From Polyangiales bacterium (GTDB taxonomy: Bacteria; Myxococcota_A; Polyangia; Polyangiales; Polyangiaceae), in contig JBBRNJ010000022.1 in assembly GCA_038230375.1 (NCBI GenBank), forward strand, positions 44,537 to 108,536: a stretch of 64,000 nucleotides of DNA, written 5' to 3'. Positions 10,988 through 21,092 of the stretch are shown in pieces. Position numbers and translations under genes: made by a program. The number at the start of each line of letters is the position of its first letter. The first letter of the stretch is position 1. Below the pieces are notes generated by a model, which saw only the letters and a program-made list of their open reading frames with translations, was not told the origin of the DNA and ran no database searches.

Positions 10988-12432
10988 GCGTGAACGAGCA
11001 TGAGCCGCTCGAAGAGGGCGCGCTGGACGCGTGGGAGCCGCAGCTGCCACCCGCGAATTTCGCGGACCGCGTGATGTCAGGCGTCGGTGACGCCAACGCT
11101 CCGATGGAGCAGGCGAAGCCGGCCACGAACGTGGTCCAGCTACGCAGCCGTTCGCGCTGGCGTGGCGCCGCGCTCGCAGCTGCCGCCATGGTGGCGATCG
11201 CAGCGGCGGTCTTCGTGAAGGTGGACACAACGCCGCTCCACGGCGAGGCCATCGCCGCAGACCATCGCATCGAGGTGGCCATCGGCGGAAACAGGGCAGC
11301 GCGCGCGAAGGCCGTGCTGGAGCCCGGCGCACACGTGGTGTGGGACGGTGACCTGGTCACGCAGGACAGCGGCGACGTGTTCTACCGCGTGGAGCCGGGC
11401 GCGAAGTTTCGCGTGCACACGCCAGCTGGTGACGTGGACGTGTTGGGAACTTGCTTCGCCGTGAAGGTGCGAGGCGGAGGACAGGAACGGAGCGGAGACA
11501 TGCAGAAGCGAGACATGAAATCTGGAGTGGTGGGCGCGGCGCTTTCGGCGATGGCGTTCGTGGCGGTCTACGAAGGCAAGGTGGCCGTGTCGCACGCAAG
11601 CGAGCATGTGGACCTGGTCGCGGGCGAGAGCGCACAGATCGGCCCCGAGGGCGCCACCAGGAGCACCAGCGCCGACCTTGGAAAGAAGGCCTTCGACGAG
11701 AAGGTCGCCGCGCAAGGAAGTGATCCCGTCAGCGTCGCGAACGGCAACCTGGTGTCGCAGGTGCAGGACTACAAGCAGCGCCTGGAGGCGCTCGCCGCGC
11801 AGAAGACCGACGTGGAGAAGAAGCTCGACGCGACGGAGAAGAAGCTCGCGAGCGCGACCGACGGCGGGCCTCCGCGCAACCGGAGCGAGTACGAGCTGGA
11901 CTCGGAGGACTGGGCCGACCTGGCAAAGCGCGGGAAGATCAAGTACCGCACGCCGTGCCTGAAGGCGGACAGCGCGACCACCACGGACAAGCTCTCGGCC
12001 CTTGGGCTGTCGCCTGAGGACGGCGCAGTGCTGAAGGGCGCGTATGGTCGTTCGTACGATCGCATCTGGGGCATGGTGAGACCGCTTTGCCTGCAAGCAC
12101 TCGGAACGTCCGAGGCGATCGTCGACAAGATCGGCGTGAACCAGTGCATTCATCTCGTCTACGACCTGGCATCGCAGGCGGACCGCGACGGCACGAGCGA
12201 GGCGCACATCCAGGTCGCCGAGATCCGCGCAGGTATCCGTCCGGAGCCGCCGGTGGACAAGCAGCCCGCGACCATGAAGATGATGCTGGCGCTCACGGCC
12301 GAACAGGGCGCGTTCGAGTCGGACCTGGCGAGGACCATGGGTCCGGAAGAGGCGCATCGCGTGGCCTGGTCAGACGACATCTGCGTGTCGAACAACTCCT
12401 GGGGCACGGCGCCGCGCGGCAGCAAGAAGTAA
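10984..12432 (+). CDS. FecR-domain anti-sigma factor with coiled-coil and Cys-containing C-terminal extension
   Basis: GTGA overlap with the sigma stop; PPANFADRVM; one TM helix; FecR-like GDVFYRV...FRVHTPAGDVDVLGT...VAVYEGKVAV. Confidence 0.8.
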   Translation: MSVNEHEPLEEGALDAWEPQLPPANFADRVMSGVGDANAPMEQAKPATNVVQLRSRSRWRGAALAAAAMVAIAAAVFVKVDTTPLHGEAIAADHRIEVAIGGNRAARAKAVLEPGAHVVWDGDLVTQDSGDVFYRVEPGAKFRVHTPAGDVDVLGTCFAVKVRGGGQERSGDMQKRDMKSGVVGAALSAMAFVAVYEGKVAVSHASEHVDLVAGESAQIGPEGATRSTSADLGKKAFDEKVAAQGSDPVSVANGNLVSQVQDYKQRLEALAAQKTDVEKKLDATEKKLASATDGGPPRNRSEYELDSEDWADLAKRGKIKYRTPCLKADSATTTDKLSALGLSPEDGAVLKGAYGRSYDRIWGMVRPLCLQALGTSEAIVDKIGVNQCIHLVYDLASQADRDGTSEAHIQVAEIRAGIRPEPPVDKQPATMKMMLALTAEQGAFESDLARTMGPEEAHRVAWSDDICVSNNSWGTAPRGSKK

Positions 12433-12469
12433 CGCTGCCAAGCCTGGGAAAATCGCCTACGATCAGCGG

Positions 12470-13762
12470 ATGGGGGTTTCCCGTTCTCACCTTGTCGTTG
12501 CTTGCGTGCTGGTGTCCGTTGCCGGCGCGATCGTGATCGCCTGCAGCTCCTCATCGGGCGGTGCGATCCCCGACACCATCGACTCCGCCGTTCCTGACAC
12601 GGGCGTCGTCGTGGACACGGGCGTGGATGCGCCCGAGTGCGTCGCCGACCTCATGACGGACGCAAAGAACTGCGGCAGGTGCGGACGTGATTGCGGCGCA
12701 GGGAGCGCGTGCAGCGCCGGTCTCTGCGCAGCGGTGCAGCTCGGCATGGTGTCGTCGCCCGTGACGGCGCTCGTTGCGGGCTCCACGCGCATCTACTGGG
12801 AAGCAAGCGGCGTGTTCGGCTGCCTGAAGTCTGGCTGCGGGGGGGCGCCCACCACACTGGTCTCGCAAGCGGCTGCGAACGGCGGCATCGAGACCACCAC
12901 GCTGGGCGACGAGATCGTCTACTTCACCATCGCGGGAGCGCCCGGCCATGTGGGGCGCTGCAATCCGGGCGGCACGTGCACGGACGACCACGTCACGGTC
13001 GACCTCGCGAATCCCTCACGCGTGATCGCCACCACCACGGACCTCTTCATCGCGACCGACTACACCGGAGACGGCGGCACTAGCGATGCTGGATCCACTG
13101 ACGCGAGCGCACCGGACGGAGGCGACGCGGGCGAAGGCGGCACCAGCGTTCTGGTGCCCGGCGGCGCGGTGGTGCGCGCCACGCTCGCAGGGGCCGGGCA
13201 GACGCCCGGGCAGGTCGCGCCCGCAAAGAACGTCCTCGGCTTCGCGTTCGCAGGCAGCACGTTGATGTGGACCGATCGCGTGTCGGGCATCACCGTGTGC
13301 AAGCTGCCGTGCGCAGATCCGCCGCCGATCGCGGCTTCTGGCACGGGCGTGAGCGCGCCGCCGTCCGGCCGTCCGGCCATTGCGGCCGGTGTTGCGTTCT
13401 GGCCCACGTCGGAAGGCGGCATCGTGCGCTGCAACCCGCAGAGCTGCGCGAGCACGCGCGACCAGTTCCTTGCAGCCGATCCCGAGCGCGTCGTGGGCGA
13501 CCTCGCGTCGGACGGGCAGACGCTCTACTTCGCGCTGGTCAGCACCACACGGACGAGCGCGCCTGCGCAGGCGAGCGGTCAGATCGCGTCGTGCGCGGTG
13601 GGCGCGGCCACGTGCGTCCCCGCGCCGCTCGCCACATCCCTCCCCTCGCCGAATCGCATCTCGATCGACGGCGCGGCCATCTACTGGGCGAACGGCAGCG
13701 ACAGCACGGACGGCGCGTTCAAGGCGCTGCCGGGCAGCGCGGTCCTTCGCGTCACGCGCTGA
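12470..13762 (+). CDS. Cys-rich lipoprotein with disulfide-rich repeat and probable beta-propeller
   Basis: Lipobox IVIAC; DAKNCGRCGRDCGAGSACSAGLC; repeated IYW/LYF/VYF strands. Confidence 0.7.
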   Translation: MGVSRSHLVVACVLVSVAGAIVIACSSSSGGAIPDTIDSAVPDTGVVVDTGVDAPECVADLMTDAKNCGRCGRDCGAGSACSAGLCAAVQLGMVSSPVTALVAGSTRIYWEASGVFGCLKSGCGGAPTTLVSQAAANGGIETTTLGDEIVYFTIAGAPGHVGRCNPGGTCTDDHVTVDLANPSRVIATTTDLFIATDYTGDGGTSDAGSTDASAPDGGDAGEGGTSVLVPGGAVVRATLAGAGQTPGQVAPAKNVLGFAFAGSTLMWTDRVSGITVCKLPCADPPPIAASGTGVSAPPSGRPAIAAGVAFWPTSEGGIVRCNPQSCASTRDQFLAADPERVVGDLASDGQTLYFALVSTTRTSAPAQASGQIASCAVGAATCVPAPLATSLPSPNRISIDGAAIYWANGSDSTDGAFKALPGSAVLRVTR

Positions 13763-13766
13763 GGAC

Positions 13767-14591
13767 ATGGCTCATCGCGTCGCCCCGCTTCGCCTCGCGC
13801 TCCTGGCGTCGGCTCTCGGCTTGATCGTGCCGCTCGGCTGCAGCGCGCTCGTGGAGTTCGGTGGGCTCGTCGGCACCACCGGCGACGCGGGCGGAAGCAA
13901 CGCACAGACCGACGCCGCCCCGGACGCACCCGTGCTCGCGGACGCAGACACGCCCACCACCGACGCCGGCGCGGATCCGGACGCGCCGTTCTGCCCGCAG
14001 AGCGGAGTGATGCTCTGCGACGATTTCGATCAGGGTGTGAACCGCATGCTTCCGGGTCCGTGGGACGACTCCAACATGGGCTCGTCTGGAACGCTCGTCG
14101 TCCAGGATCTTCGGTACGCCAGCCAACCAAGCGCGCTGCTGCTGAAGACAGACAACACCTCGTTGAACGTCAACCTCACGAAACATCTCGGCGCTGTGAA
14201 AGGCGCGGCTGTGGCGTTCGATGTCTTCATCGAGACGCGCGGCGGAAACCTCTCCATTGTCTCGTTCGCCATGAATGGCGCGTCGGCCCATCTCGGCCCG
14301 GGCGACCCCACGTACACGACGCTGGGCGAGGGCGCCTTCAAGCCCGACGGTGGGTACTTCTTCGACGGCAAGGCCGGCACTCCCATCGCCACCGGGGCGT
14401 GGGTCCATGTGGTCTTCGACATGAACCTGGCAGCGGCGACCGTGACCGCTACCGTCGGCGCGAGCTCCGCATTCAAGAAGCCGCTCGTGCTCGGGGCGTG
14501 GACCGGCAACGCACTCGATGTCCACCTGGGCATGGGAGACACGAACGCCGCGACGATTTACTTCGACAACGTGACGATCACGACGCGTTGA
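13767..14591 (+). CDS. Lipoprotein with beta-sandwich (ConA-like) domain
   Basis: GAGGA SD before ATG 13767; lipobox PLGC; LCDDFD and IYFDNV motifs. Confidence 0.65.
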   Translation: MAHRVAPLRLALLASALGLIVPLGCSALVEFGGLVGTTGDAGGSNAQTDAAPDAPVLADADTPTTDAGADPDAPFCPQSGVMLCDDFDQGVNRMLPGPWDDSNMGSSGTLVVQDLRYASQPSALLLKTDNTSLNVNLTKHLGAVKGAAVAFDVFIETRGGNLSIVSFAMNGASAHLGPGDPTYTTLGEGAFKPDGGYFFDGKAGTPIATGAWVHVVFDMNLAAATVTATVGASSAFKKPLVLGAWTGNALDVHLGMGDTNAATIYFDNVTITTR

Positions 14592-14615
14592 CCGTGGGTT
14601 CATCCGCAGATCGCA

Positions 14616-15761
14616 TCACCGCACCTGTGGTGCGCCGAAGACCCAGAAGCGGGCGGCGCGCGCGTCGGGTGCGTAGACGTTGCCGTGGGTGTCGGCGACG
14701 GCATTGCGCACGCCCTCCGACGTGGCACCGGTCGCGAGCAGCAGGAGCTGGCCCTTGTCGTCGAGCTTCGCGACCGTGACCTTCGCGGCTTTTCCCGCCG
14801 CCGCGTAGACCTTGCCGTCCACGAGATCGATGTTGTCCACGCCTGCGCCCGTATCGAGCTTGCCGAGCAGCGCGCCGTCATGGCCCGCGTCGAGCACCTG
14901 CAGGTGGTCGGTGCACGCCACGATCACGAAGCCACGTGCCGCGTCGAACGCGACACCGCGCGGGCCGTCCGCGGCGCAGCCAGGACTCCACGTGGACTTC
15001 ACCGTGCGGGTCTTCGCATCGATCGCGAGCGTGCCGTCCTTGTCCTCGAGGTTCGTGAAGACCAGACCGTGCGCGCTGTCGACCGCAAAGCATTCCGGCG
15101 CGCCGTCCAGCTTGATCGTGGTCTTGAGCGCAAGCGCCGCCGGCTTCGATGCGTCGAAGATCGCGATGGATTGGTCCTTGGGCATCGTGACCCAGACCTC
15201 GTGCGTGGACCCGACGTAGACGAGGACATCGATGGCGTTCGCGGCCTTGGCGCACTTCCCGGGCTTCAAGGTCGCGGTTTCGACGGGGCAGACCTCGTTG
15301 GTCGCGCGATTGCCAACGTACATGAACTTGTCGCCGGTCGCGACCGCGCTCGGTCCCATCGTGCGCACCTTACCGTTCACCTCGCGCTCGACGGATTTGA
15401 AGCCGTCGACACGGCTGAAGGCACCGGACGCGATGTCGAACACGTCGACGCTTCCGGTGTTCCCGACGGGCACCCAGACATGCGAGCGAGCGGCGTCAAT
15501 GGCGACGATGTCGATCGACACGGGCGCGGTGGCGCCGGGAAGCGGGATCGTCGTGCCCGTCATGGTGGGGGTGTCGGGCGCGGACGGCGCAACGGGCGCG
15601 GGCTCGGCGGCGGACGCGACCGGCGTCGGAGCGGTCGGCGCGGGCGCGGCAGTCGGAGTGGGGGTTGGCGTGGTGCTCGGAGAGGTCGCGGGCGACTGCT
15701 CCGCGGAAGGCCCGCCGCAGCCGGCGAGAACGAGTAGCACCAACGCCGTTCGAGAGTTCAT
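14616..15761 (-). CDS. YncE/YVTN-like beta-propeller lipoprotein
   Basis: MNSRTALVLLVLAGC lipobox, Pro/Thr linker, repeated blades (GPRGVAFD, GAGVDNI). True start lies inside the 846-aa track ORF. Confidence 0.8.
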   Translation of the reverse strand: MNSRTALVLLVLAGCGGPSAEQSPATSPSTTPTPTPTAAPAPTAPTPVASAAEPAPVAPSAPDTPTMTGTTIPLPGATAPVSIDIVAIDAARSHVWVPVGNTGSVDVFDIASGAFSRVDGFKSVEREVNGKVRTMGPSAVATGDKFMYVGNRATNEVCPVETATLKPGKCAKAANAIDVLVYVGSTHEVWVTMPKDQSIAIFDASKPAALALKTTIKLDGAPECFAVDSAHGLVFTNLEDKDGTLAIDAKTRTVKSTWSPGCAADGPRGVAFDAARGFVIVACTDHLQVLDAGHDGALLGKLDTGAGVDNIDLVDGKVYAAAGKAAKVTVAKLDDKGQLLLLATGATSEGVRNAVADTHGNVYAPDARAARFWVFGAPQVR

Positions 15762-15799
15762 CGCCTCGTCATACCTCAACGCGGGCGTCGGCATGCTCA

Positions 15800-17065
15800 T
15801 CACATCGGGCCCTGCGCGCATCGGCCGCCGGAGCAGAGCGCATCGCTCGGACACTCGGATGAGGTCCTGCAGGTGTCGCCATACCTTCGATCGTGAGGAC
15901 TGCGCACGGACGGCGCTGCCGTCGGGGATGGCATCGGCGTGGTCGGCGCCGACGCGCTCGACGAAGGAGCGGGGGTGCCGGAGAGCGCGCGGATCGCGAA
16001 CGCGGGTGGTTCCAGCTTTGGAGGTGCATCGCCCACGCCGACGAACGAGCGACCGAGCTCGCGTTCCAGCTCCAGCACCAGGTCCTGCTGGAGCGGCTCG
16101 AGCTGGTCGGATCGATACGAGATGTGCTCCGAGCTCATGGCGACCGCCTGCGACGCGCACACGACCTTCTGCGTCGCAGGGTCCCAGGCGACGGCGTGAG
16201 CGACCGCGAACCCCGGATCGAATAGCATCGCGGGACGCGGCGTGGGATGGGTGAAGGCCTCGAGATCGTCCTTGGGCGGCGGCGGCGGCGGTGCCACCTC
16301 GTGGGTCATCTTCGGATCGGCCCAGAAATCCACGAAAACGATGACGTCGATGCCCATGCCATCCGCTGCGAACGCGTTCATGCGCTCGAGGTAGTTCTTG
16401 TGATCGATCGCGCGGAGCGCCTTTGCTTCTGCGCGGAGCCGAGCGACGTCGTCCACGAGCGACATGCTCGCCAGCGTGGGCGTCCTGTCCGAAGGCGCGG
16501 TCCTCAGCGGCGCGGGCGGCAGCACGAAGCGGTCTCCGTAGCCGCTGTTGTTCAGAGCGAGCGATCCGCGAGGTATCTTGAGCGTGGCGAGCGGCGAGCG
16601 TGCTTCGGCGGGCGTGACGTCGATGAACGTCCAGCCGTACGCACCAGAGCTCTCCTCCAGCGACCGGCTCTGATCCTTCTTGCGCAGATCCGGCCCAGGC
16701 ACGCTTGCGTTGCAGCGGCCCAGATCGGCGCGCGCGCCGATCTCGCGATCCCTGATCCTTGGCCAGATCGCCGCGAACGCGGCCTGGCTCTTCTTCGCGT
16801 TGGCCTCGACGGTGCTCAAGGTATCGTCCACCTTCTTCTGCTCGGCGCTGGTGAGCGGCACCTTTCGATTGCGCCATTCCTCTTCGGCTATCGCGCCGAT
16901 GATCGGACCGAAGCACGAGCCCAGCCCGACCGTGAGCAGCACGCCGAAGACACTCCACATCACGATCTTCTTCCGCCTCGTCTGGCGATGAAGCTGCGCC
17001 TCGTAAGCGGACAGCTCGGCGAGCTCGGCGGAGGTCTGCTGCTGTCGAGAGTCGCGATAGCTCAC
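15800..17065 (-). CDS. Hypothetical single-pass membrane protein with Cys-rich C-terminal tail
   Basis: RRKK followed by a hydrophobic helix; C-terminal CRTSSECPSDALCSGGRC; GTG start 6 nt after TACACT. Confidence 0.65.
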   Translation of the reverse strand: MSYRDSRQQQTSAELAELSAYEAQLHRQTRRKKIVMWSVFGVLLTVGLGSCFGPIIGAIAEEEWRNRKVPLTSAEQKKVDDTLSTVEANAKKSQAAFAAIWPRIRDREIGARADLGRCNASVPGPDLRKKDQSRSLEESSGAYGWTFIDVTPAEARSPLATLKIPRGSLALNNSGYGDRFVLPPAPLRTAPSDRTPTLASMSLVDDVARLRAEAKALRAIDHKNYLERMNAFAADGMGIDVIVFVDFWADPKMTHEVAPPPPPPKDDLEAFTHPTPRPAMLFDPGFAVAHAVAWDPATQKVVCASQAVAMSSEHISYRSDQLEPLQQDLVLELERELGRSFVGVGDAPPKLEPPAFAIRALSGTPAPSSSASAPTTPMPSPTAAPSVRSPHDRRYGDTCRTSSECPSDALCSGGRCAQGPM

Positions 17066-17205
17066 ACGCCGAGTGTACATCGGAGTGGCTGTTGAGTCCG
17101 CCGCGGTGCGACCCTGATGTCATGGCCACGAGCGGCGTGATCTCACGAGGACACACAAAACCGGCTCGCTTCTGTCATGGCCCGACGATTGCTACCGCAG
17201 CACGC

Positions 17206-17715
17206 ATGCGAGCTTCCCTTTCACGCACGCTGCACGGGTTCACGGCGCTGGGCGCAGCGCTGGTTCTGATGGGCTGCGGCGAAGCGGCGGTCACGTACAA
17301 GGGGACCGTCACGGAGGCGGACGCGCCCGGCTTCACGTTCGACGACACGGCGAACCCAGACGCGAAGCGTGCGATCCCGGGCGTCTTCGTGACCCTGTGC
17401 GTCGCGAACGAATGCACGACGGACCTGGCGCCGCGAAGGAGCGACGCGACGACGAGCGCGCCGGACGGCACGTGGGGCCCGCTCGATCAGATCTTTGGCG
17501 GCTCGCCCTTCGAGGACACGAAGATAGAGGTGCGCTTCGAAGCCGACGGGTTCGAGACGTTCTCCTACACGGCGATCTACGAGAAGACCCAGGACTGGGG
17601 CGGACAGTCGTTCCTCAACGTGCATCTGACGCGAACGACACCGCTACCGCGGCGACCGGCGCACCCATCTCTCGGAAGCGAAGAGGGCATTTCTAGATCG
17701 GCCGCGCGCCAGTAG
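17206..17715 (+). CDS. Small lipoprotein, carboxypeptidase-regulatory-like beta fold
   Basis: Lipobox LMGC; GTVT...IPGVFVTL...TTSAPDGTW...VRFEADGFE. Confidence 0.6.
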   Translation: MRASLSRTLHGFTALGAALVLMGCGEAAVTYKGTVTEADAPGFTFDDTANPDAKRAIPGVFVTLCVANECTTDLAPRRSDATTSAPDGTWGPLDQIFGGSPFEDTKIEVRFEADGFETFSYTAIYEKTQDWGGQSFLNVHLTRTTPLPRRPAHPSLGSEEGISRSAARQ

Positions 17716-17794
17716 CACTGCCACATGCGGGCACTGCGGGCGCAGTACGTCTCTGAGCGTCCGTCCGTGGCGCGGTCCGTGATATGAACGCGTC

Positions 17795-19636
17795 GTGGAG
17801 GAGGGCGCGTATCGACAGCCGATGGCGGCGGAGGGACTGCCGTTTCCGCGAACGCAACTCACGGCGTTCACGTGCGCGGTCCTGGGTGCTGCCTTCGGGC
17901 TCGCTCTCCTTGCCGTGATCGGCTTCGCGGACGGACCCGCAACACAACACGTCCGGGCGTTCAGTGAAGGCGGGCCGGGGATGCTCCCGCTCCTCGTGCT
18001 TGCGGTGGTCGCCCCGGCCGTGACCGCGTTCGGTGCCATTCGTATGACGCGCGGGCGGCCGGTTCCCATCCTGATCTTCTTCTTTGCGGCGCTCTTACCG
18101 CGGCTCATCGGCGCCGTGCTCGGCTACGTCGAAGGCAAAAAGACGGACCGCGCGCTCGTCGGCGTCGTCGGCGACATCGTCCCTCGCATTGCGGCTGAGG
18201 GAACGTCGGAGGCGTCGCGGTCCATCATCCTTGGTGAGCTCGTGAGCGCTGCGTGTCTTGCCGTCCTCGCGGTGGGGGCGCTGGGTGCCATCGCCACGAT
18301 CGACATCAGGCACCTCGCGACGAAGACGACACCACGCGATCGCCTGTTTTCACAGGCTACTTCGGCCTGCGCCTCCGCCTGGTTCGTGGCGTCCCTCGCG
18401 CTCTTCGCGTCTTGCGTGAGGAACGGCGAGCTCACGAATGTGCGGGTCGTGGTGCTGCTCGCCGTTGCCGCGTTCGCGTTCCTCGCGACGCGGGTCTCAC
18501 GGTCCTCGCCCGCGCTCCGGGCTTCCCACGACCTGCATGAGCGCCGTCTTCACCTTGGCCTGGGTCTGCTCGGCGCGCTCTGCGCGCTCATGGCAACCCT
18601 GTTCCTGGAGCACGCGCTCACTGTTCGCGAGGACGCGTACGCGTTTGGCGCCATCGCCGGCGAGTCGGTGGACCCGCGGCAGCGCATCCACATCCTCCAG
18701 AGCGCGATCGGGTTCCGGAGGTATGCCGGGGTAGCGCTCCCGCTTCACGCGGTGCTCGGCACGCTCACGTTCGGCCTTGCGACAGCGACCGCGTTCGGCC
18801 CACGAACGACCAAGAAAACGGGGCTCCCGTGGCGCGCGGTCGCGGTGCAAGTCGGGGTCCTTGCGATCTTCGCGGTCCTCGCCATGGAGCGCAGGACACA
18901 GGTCGCGCGGCTGGTCATCGCGGGCGCCGCCTTCGATTTCGCTCGCGACATCGCGGCCCCTGGCGTCGTCGGGCTGACGGACCGGCGCGGCGTGGGCGAC
19001 GGCCGCCGCCTCGTGATCACGGCAGGTGGCGCAATCCGCGAGGAGACCCCCCTCATGTACGACGACGCGCCAGATCCTTCGCCGCAACCTCGCCGCCTCG
19101 AAGGCTTCGACACGTCGCCTTCGTCGCGCCTCGAGGTCATGGCGGACGAGCGTCTCACGAGCGCGTCCCTCGTGGAGCTCCTTGGCGCGAAGGGCATCCA
19201 CGCGTTTCAGCTCATGGTGATCTCCACGCAGTCGGTCGAAGACGGTCTCCCGCCCATCGACCCACGGCCGATCGGCGAGCTGGGTGCGCTCGTCGCGAAC
19301 GGCTGGCTCCTCGGGATCGACGTCGACACGCAATACACCGGCGCGCCGGTCACGGCGGAGATGCGGAGCAAGGACACGCTCGCGGTCGTGTTCAACATTC
19401 CTGGCTCTGCGCCCACCCACGTGTCCACCGACCTCTCGAACCGGACCGAGGCGGTCCGTGCGCTACGGGCCGCCGCAGCTACCCGCGGTATCGGGTCACA
19501 GGATCTGTTCCAGGTCGCGTTCTGCAGGGAGTGCACCGTGGGCGATCTCGCACGAGCCATCACGCTGCTCGACGGCGCATTCCCCGCACAGCAATGGCCA
19601 GGACGACGAGTGCGCGTACACGCCAGCACGCCGTGA
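17795..19636 (+). CDS. Polytopic membrane protein with ExbB/TolQ-like segments and an ExbD-like C-terminus
   Basis: About 9-10 hydrophobic helices; PRIAAEGTSEASRSIILG and FGAIAGESVDPRQRIHIL; C-terminal LEVMADERLTSASLVELL. Confidence 0.55.
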   Translation: MEEGAYRQPMAAEGLPFPRTQLTAFTCAVLGAAFGLALLAVIGFADGPATQHVRAFSEGGPGMLPLLVLAVVAPAVTAFGAIRMTRGRPVPILIFFFAALLPRLIGAVLGYVEGKKTDRALVGVVGDIVPRIAAEGTSEASRSIILGELVSAACLAVLAVGALGAIATIDIRHLATKTTPRDRLFSQATSACASAWFVASLALFASCVRNGELTNVRVVVLLAVAAFAFLATRVSRSSPALRASHDLHERRLHLGLGLLGALCALMATLFLEHALTVREDAYAFGAIAGESVDPRQRIHILQSAIGFRRYAGVALPLHAVLGTLTFGLATATAFGPRTTKKTGLPWRAVAVQVGVLAIFAVLAMERRTQVARLVIAGAAFDFARDIAAPGVVGLTDRRGVGDGRRLVITAGGAIREETPLMYDDAPDPSPQPRRLEGFDTSPSSRLEVMADERLTSASLVELLGAKGIHAFQLMVISTQSVEDGLPPIDPRPIGELGALVANGWLLGIDVDTQYTGAPVTAEMRSKDTLAVVFNIPGSAPTHVSTDLSNRTEAVRALRAAAATRGIGSQDLFQVAFCRECTVGDLARAITLLDGAFPAQQWPGRRVRVHASTP

Positions 19637-19751
19637 GTCGTTCGTGCGTTCTGCCGCGTCGCCCGTGAGGCTGCCCGGTGTTCGGCCGCAGGCGCATGAC
19701 CCAGCAGCGCACGCAGGGCGAGGCTCCGCGGAATTGCGTGTGTGGTGCACG

Positions 19752-19767
19752 TGGCTCGCCCGTTGCA
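19752..19767 (+). promoter_or_regulatory. Sigma54-type -24/-12 promoter
   Basis: TGGCTCGCCCGTTGCA = GG-N10-GC, close to TGGCACG-N4-TTGCW, just upstream of ATG 19781. Confidence 0.55.
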
Positions 19768-19780
19768 GAGCACCCATCGC

Positions 19781-20653
19781 ATGGCAATTCGCCCCTGCGT
19801 CATGGCAGTCCCTTTGCTCGCAGTCGTCGCTTGCGGCGGCACCCACATGCAGTCGATGGATTCCTCATCGGTGCATGGCGCTGGCCCCCCCTCTACTTCA
19901 TCCGTTCTTGCCAACGCGCCCACGCGCTCGAGCGCGGACTCCGCTCCTTCCAGCTCCCCAGCGGTGCGCACGTATTCGACCAACGATGTCGTGGCGCGAG
20001 CCGCCGCATGCAGCGTGGCGGTGCAGGCCGCAGGAGGGCCCCACGGCGCACCTTCCAACGTGGCGGACACCTGTCGTGATGCTGGCTCGGCCGCCGATGT
20101 GGCGTGCACCCAGGGTGACAAGGAGAGCTGCGCGATCGCGAAGTCAGTGCATGGCTTCGCCGCCGTCATGCCCCTCCTTCAGCAGGTGCAGGCCGCCAGG
20201 AGCTGCGCGGCCTCGTCAGTCCGCGAATGCGAGGCGCTGTGCGATCTCGGCGATCTGGACGCGTGCGTCGAGGTCGGCAGCATGTACACCGAGGGCAGAC
20301 GAGTCAGGCGTGACCTGGGCCAAGGCGTGTCGGTGCTTGGGAGTGCCTGCGACAGGGGTTCGATGCGTGCATGCTACACGCGCGGCGCAAGCCTCATGGT
20401 GCTCGATTCCGGCGCCGCAGCCCCGTCACTGCAGACCTCATGCGAGAGCGACGTGGCGCCATGGAACGACGTCTCTTGCGCCATGCTGGTCACGATGCTC
20501 GATCGCGGCTCCTACAAGCCCAATGACGCCGAGAAGCGGGCGTTGCTCATCAAGCTCTGCGAACGCGAACAGAGCGGCGCGCATACGCACGGCAACACGA
20601 ATGCCTGCGGACGGCTACAGGACACCTCGAGCGGCCAGGCGGGTGTCTTCTAG
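19781..20653 (+). CDS. Cys-rich Sel1-like repeat lipoprotein
   Basis: Lipobox VVAC; CDLGDLDACVEVGSMYTEGRRVRRDLGQG...ACDRGSMRAC. Confidence 0.7.
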   Translation: MAIRPCVMAVPLLAVVACGGTHMQSMDSSSVHGAGPPSTSSVLANAPTRSSADSAPSSSPAVRTYSTNDVVARAAACSVAVQAAGGPHGAPSNVADTCRDAGSAADVACTQGDKESCAIAKSVHGFAAVMPLLQQVQAARSCAASSVRECEALCDLGDLDACVEVGSMYTEGRRVRRDLGQGVSVLGSACDRGSMRACYTRGASLMVLDSGAAAPSLQTSCESDVAPWNDVSCAMLVTMLDRGSYKPNDAEKRALLIKLCEREQSGAHTHGNTNACGRLQDTSSGQAGVF

Positions 20654-20661
20654 TTACTGAC

Positions 20662-21036
20662 TCAGGCCTTTGGCGGCTGCCAGAGCTCTACGCGCCTTCC
20701 GTCGGGATCGTGAATCCAGGCAAATTTCCCGAACTCCGAGTCGTCTCTTCCCAGACACGGGATGCCCGATTTCGCGAGGTCGGCGAGCAACGCATCCAGA
20801 TCATCGACGCGAAAGTTCACCATCATTTGCTGGTCGCTCGCGCCGAAGTATTCCGTGTCCTCTTTGAACGGCGCCACGACGGTCAAGCCCTCGCCTCCAT
20901 CGAGCTCGCGCCACGCGAGGTTCAGACCGCCATGCTCGTCCTTCGGGATCCCGAGATGCTTCTCGTAAAACGCCGTCGCCGCTTCCGGGTTCTTGCTCCG
21001 AAAGAACACGCCGCCAACACCGGTGACTCTCTTCAT
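20662..21036 (-). CDS. VOC/glyoxalase family protein
   Basis: MKRVTGVGGVFFRSKNP, MVNFRVDDLD, GKFAWIHDPDGRRVELWQP. Confidence 0.9.
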   Translation of the reverse strand: MKRVTGVGGVFFRSKNPEAATAFYEKHLGIPKDEHGGLNLAWRELDGGEGLTVVAPFKEDTEYFGASDQQMMVNFRVDDLDALLADLAKSGIPCLGRDDSEFGKFAWIHDPDGRRVELWQPPKA

Positions 21037-21092
21037 GCGCGAAATCCTAACACTACGGCGGGACGGCGCCGCACGTGACGAGGTACCGCGAA

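Noticed and set aside
15762..17156. N-terminal 465 aa of the 846-aa track ORF
   Set aside because: Arg-rich off-frame overlap with the 15800-17065 gene; the real protein starts at the signal peptide at 15761
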